Source: a virus (taxonomy: Duplodnaviria > Heunggongvirae > Uroviricota > Caudoviricetes). From it: a DNA stretch of 12,139 nt. The notes beneath the pieces were generated by a model. It made no database searches, was not told the DNA's origin, and saw only the letters and a program-made list of their open reading frames with translations. The position numbers were made by a program, and so were the translations under genes. Below, piece after piece: positions 9,408 through 12,139 of this stretch (within the stretch, counting starts at the first letter, position 1; every line of letters begins with the position of its first letter). Location of the stretch: the IMG/VR virus record IMGVR_UViG_2541047682_000010; one strand, written 5' to 3'.

Positions 9408-9689
9408 ATGAAAGATTTAACACTCAAATTTGCAGACAGGGCCGACTTTTCGGCCTTTATGGATAGCATTGGCTATTATGATGACGAGTCGATGCAGGAT
9501 GATATTCTTATTGACGTGATAGGTAACGTGTACAAAGAAACCGGAGAACTGACTGAAGATGGCGAACCGGTATGTGTTAAGGAAGATGGATATTTTGTAA
9601 ACGTGCGCATCATTAATGATGCAAAAAAATCGTTAATATTCGATGAATACGCGGTTGTAGTTGAACATCAACTTCGTGGCTGGATGTGA
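9408..9689 (+). CDS. Hypothetical small acidic protein (93 aa), translationally coupled to stf
   Basis: The ATG overlaps the stf stop (TAATG). GGGGAG lies 9 nt upstream. Low G+C like the distal stf domain. Asp/Glu-rich. No family recognised. Confidence 0.6.
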   Translation: MKDLTLKFADRADFSAFMDSIGYYDDESMQDDILIDVIGNVYKETGELTEDGEPVCVKEDGYFVNVRIINDAKKSLIFDEYAVVVEHQLRGWM

Positions 9690-9698
9690 GGGAGACAA

Positions 9699-10403
9699 AT
9701 GGCTACATCGACAGTAATTCCAGGAGACATCACCACGTTAAAGGGAGATGTCAGTAAAGCCAAGGAAGATATTTCCTCAATTAACGGAAAAGTATCAACG
9801 CTTCAGGCTGATATGACCAGTGCAAAGCAGGATATCAGCACCAGATACACAAAAACTGAAGTTGATAATAAGCTGAAAAACAAACTGGAAGTGAACGCTC
9901 TGGAAAGCGGTCGTTATGGTGGAGATTTTTACCCGTTGACTGGCCGTGAAGCGTTTTATTTGTGGGGATTGGGCACGACTACAGCGGCGGCAAACCTTTA
10001 TCTTAATCCTGACCCCGCAATTTCGTCTGTGCTGCGGTCAACATCGTCTATCCGCTATAAACATTCAGTAGAGACAATAGATTCAGAGCACGCCGATCTC
10101 ATTTTCAGGATGCGCCCTGTGTGGTACAGGTCACAATGCGAAAATGACAGGCGTGACTGGGGATTCTACGGATTGATTGCCGAGGAAGTAGGAGAAATTG
10201 CCCCTCAGTTTGTACACTGGCGACCAGCTAACGAAGATGATGCACCGGAAGCTATTTCCAGCAATGGCCTTGTTGCCGAAGGTGTAATGTACGAACGTCT
10301 GGTTGTTCCACTGATTCACCATATCCAGAAGCTGACTGAAAGAGTTGATGAACTTGAGTCAGAATTAAAGTTGTTATCCGTTTCCCGAAGCGATATCGGA
10401 TAA
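9699..10403 (+). CDS. Tail-fibre-related protein with a coiled-coil N-terminus and a C-terminal peptidase-S74-like intramolecular-chaperone domain (234 aa)
   Basis: GGGAG lies 6 nt before the ATG. The C-terminal 120 residues carry the characteristic S74 pattern: SSIRYKHSVETID (compare SDxRxKxNI), then RPVWYR, then GLIAEEVGEIAPQFV, then MYERLVVPLIHHIQKLTERVDELESEL. The N-terminus has heptad-like repeats (DITTLKGDVSKAKEDISSINGKVSTLQADMTSAKQDIS). Confidence 0.75.
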   Translation: MATSTVIPGDITTLKGDVSKAKEDISSINGKVSTLQADMTSAKQDISTRYTKTEVDNKLKNKLEVNALESGRYGGDFYPLTGREAFYLWGLGTTTAAANLYLNPDPAISSVLRSTSSIRYKHSVETIDSEHADLIFRMRPVWYRSQCENDRRDWGFYGLIAEEVGEIAPQFVHWRPANEDDAPEAISSNGLVAEGVMYERLVVPLIHHIQKLTERVDELESELKLLSVSRSDIG

Positions 10404-10413
10404 AGGAGGAGTA

Positions 10414-10707
10414 ATGGATATAACACCTTTCCTTCATGCGCTTTGTGCTGTGGCTGCGCAGCTACTGATTGGTCTTTTTACCGGGAACTGGGCTTACGGG
10501 GCGATAGCTGGTTGTACGTTCTTCATTGCGCGTGAACACACCCAGGCAGAATATCGCTGGATTGAAATGTTCGGGCATGGCAAGCGAATGAATATGCCGT
10601 GGTGGGGCGGTTTTGATCCGCGCGCGTGGGATGTGGCAAGCCTGATGGATTTTGCTGTGCCGGTGGTGGCGTGTCTGCTGGTCTGGCTGTTGGTTAATCG
10701 TGGGTGA
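10414..10707 (+). CDS. Hypothetical small membrane protein (97 aa, two to three predicted transmembrane segments)
   Basis: Strong RBS AAGGAGG 7 nt before the ATG. Hydrophobic stretches FLHALCAVAAQLLIGLF, AYGAIAGCTFFIA and FAVPVVACLLVWLLV. G+C is similar to the phage backbone, not the low-GC cassette. Confidence 0.55.
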   Translation: MDITPFLHALCAVAAQLLIGLFTGNWAYGAIAGCTFFIAREHTQAEYRWIEMFGHGKRMNMPWWGGFDPRAWDVASLMDFAVPVVACLLVWLLVNRG

Positions 10708-10717
10708 AAAAAGGTGA

Positions 10718-10837
10718 GCTGTATATGCAACGGAGGAAGAAACCTCGTTGCTGGAAGCCTGGAAGAAGTATCGGGTGTTGCTGAACCGTGTTGATACGTC
10801 AACTGCACAGGATATTGAATGGCCAGCACTGCCGTAG
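10718..10837 (+). pseudogene. tfa: 3' remnant (39 codons) of the tail fibre assembly gene tfa
   Basis: The frame opens right after a TGA at 10715-10717 and reads [39 protein letters not shown]-stop. This matches the conserved C-terminus of lambda-type Tfa as I recall it (..[30 protein letters not shown]..). There is no start codon and no N-terminal Tfa domain. Confidence 0.7.
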
Positions 10838-10934
10838 GGTAAAACATATAAATTCTATAATTAGATGTATCTTTCCATTTACGGCAAGGAAGGGGGCTTG
10901 GAAGACGTAAAGCATCTCACACCGAGATTATTTT

Positions 10935-11525
10935 TTATATGTCAGGTGTCTGAAGTTTTGCTTTGGCTCTTAAAATGGTTTGCCGCGAGGTTTTGAATTC
11001 CCGGGCAATGGCACTTATACTTACACCTGACTTAATTCGTTCGAATACCACCTGTTTCTGTTCTTCATTTAACACAGGTGGTCGACCAAAACGTTTCCCT
11101 GCGCCCCGGGCTCTTACTATCCCGGAATGAGTGCGTTCAAGTAAAAGGTCTCGTTCAAATTCAGCGACTGCTGAAATTACTTGCATCATCATTTTCCCTG
11201 TTGGACTGGTCAGGTCAATGCCCCCCAATGCTAAGCAATGCACTCTGATACCTGTTTCGGTCAGTTGTTCCACTGTTTTCCTGATATCCATTGCATTACA
11301 ACCAAGGCGATCCAGTTTTGTCACAATCAATTGATCACCACATTTCAGACGAGCAAGCAACCGGTTAAAACCAGGACGCTCACTGGTTGCTGCTGAGCCG
11401 CTAATGTGTTCTTCGATTATTTGCTGAGGTTTGATTTTAAAACCTGCACTTTCGATTTCCCGGCGTTGATTTTCGGTGGTCTGATCCAGCGTTGATATCC
11501 GACAGTAAGCAAAAATTCGAGACAT
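10935..11525 (-). CDS. pin: Serine recombinase (resolvase/invertase family, PinR/PinQ-like), 196 aa
   Basis: N-terminal catalytic motif YCRISTLDQ with the nucleophilic Ser, and a C-terminal helix-turn-helix ([20 protein letters not shown]). The sequence matches my recollection of the E. coli prophage PinR/PinQ proteins. Position next to tfa is as in Rac and Qin. Confidence 0.9.
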
Positions 11526-11905
11526 AGTGAGACTCTATACGAAATTGGTGTACATATCATAATGCATATCCAAAAATTATTTCGCTTATTATTGTACATA
11601 TTTGTATGTATACGTTCGAAAATAAACGAATTCGGATGCAGTCCCGTAATTTTGGTGTAACCAAAAATCGATTTTTTGAAAAATGGCTTTAACTCGGTTT
11701 GTTTTTCGAACTCCGGGCGGACTCGAGGAAGACGAATAATAGTGTTGTATGTTATTTCAACCAGATTTTAAGTTGTTTGGTCGTGGAAAAGTGGAGCAAA
11801 ATGTTGTTAAAGTGGAAAAATGGTAAAAAAAGTAGGTTGTTGCGGAATAACGTAGTTGTTGATATTTTTTTAATGCATTGAAAAATTATTTTTCAGGGGG
11901 GGGTA
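11526..11905. promoter_or_regulatory. AT-rich intergenic region upstream of pin: presumed pin promoter, with short direct repeats (TGTACATAT at about 11548 and 11595) and a G8 homopolymer at 11896-11903
   Basis: No convincing ORF. Very AT-rich. Lies 5' of pin on the - strand and 3' of the small - strand ORF. I could not place -35/-10 elements with confidence. Confidence 0.3.
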
Positions 11906-12139
11906 TTACACTTTACCATTTAAATTTTGGTTGTCTTTAAGAACTGATATCGCTGTTTGTAATAATTCTTTGTTATCCAGCCATGACTTTTTCTTTATGT
12001 TTCCTTCAATGTAATCAAGCAATGTTCTGGTATTGATAGGTCTTCCCTGTTTTGCTACTTCCACGACAGCATCTCCCAGGATAATTCTGACTTCAGGAAG
12101 CTGCGCAGGGAACCACTTTAGGGTGTCTTTTGATTTCAT
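11906..12139 (-). CDS. Small prophage protein (77 aa if the ATG at the window edge is the true start), YnaE/YdfK-like by synteny
   Basis: Complete ORF on the - strand whose ATG is the last three bases of the window. Its RBS and any upstream extension cannot be seen. The position next to pin matches pinR-ynaE and pinQ-ydfK in E. coli K-12. The synteny assignment is from memory and was not verified. Confidence 0.5.
   Translation of the reverse strand: MKSKDTLKWFPAQLPEVRIILGDAVVEVAKQGRPINTRTLLDYIEGNIKKKSWLDNKELLQTAISVLKDNQNLNGKV

Larger units (their letters stand above)
5694..9408 (+). pseudogene. stf: Side tail fibre gene stf, interrupted by IS2. Intact segments are 5694-7232 (N-terminal lambda-Stf-like part with Ala/Ser/Thr-rich shaft) and 8569-9408 (distal domain). 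Removing IS2 and one copy of the duplication restores one in-frame ORF of about 792 codons.
   Basis: N-terminus MAAVKISGVLKDGAGKPIQNCTIQLKAKRNSTTVLVNTVASENPDEAGRYSMDVEYGQYSV matches my recollection of lambda Stf. GGAG lies 6 nt before the ATG at 5694 (the ORF track starts at GTG 5688). The upstream frame reads ...TISC up to 7232 and the downstream frame resumes with RVRSDV at 8569 in the same phase. The C-terminus ends with a LamG/concanavalin-like signature (GHVRNFRIWHKALTDAQM). Confidence 0.85.

Noticed and set aside
9408-10837. Intact invertible fibre segment with alternative Stf and Tfa ends
   Set aside because: All ORFs here are on the + strand, no opposite-orientation fibre fragments are present, and no paired hix/gix-like crossover sites were found. 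Only a tfa 3' remnant in direct orientation is present.
10494-10847. 117-aa - strand ORF overlapping the 97-aa membrane ORF and the tfa remnant
   Set aside because: It overlaps two better-supported + strand frames, I saw no RBS, and it crosses the tfa-homologous segment in antisense.
11699-11881. 60-aa + strand ORF in the AT-rich spacer
   Set aside because: Low-complexity Lys/Asn-rich translation of AT-rich intergenic DNA, no RBS seen, and it lies in the presumed pin promoter region.

Overview
This window is the distal tail and tail-fibre region of a lambdoid (lambda/Rac-like) prophage from an enterobacterial host. All calls rest on reading the six-frame translations and the DNA by eye; no database search was run. 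On the + strand it carries the 3' end of the tail-tip gene L, then K (JAB/MPN + NlpC/P60), I (ubiquitin-like), J (1131 aa central tail fibre) and the lom outer-membrane moron flanked by two intrinsic terminators. The side tail fibre gene stf follows and is split by a complete 1331-bp IS2 with a perfect 5-bp target-site duplication (CATGC). The most unusual part is the fibre tip. The distal half of stf and the two genes after it are much lower in G+C than the rest of the window. In place of the usual tfa chaperone gene there is a 93-aa acidic ORF, a 234-aa ORF with a coiled-coil N-terminus and a C-terminal peptidase-S74-like intramolecular-chaperone domain, and a 97-aa membrane protein. Only a 39-codon 3' remnant of tfa remains. 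A serine recombinase of the PinR/PinQ type lies beyond on the - strand, with no recognisable invertible segment, followed by a small - strand ORF that reaches the window edge. No rRNA, tRNA or CRISPR array was seen.
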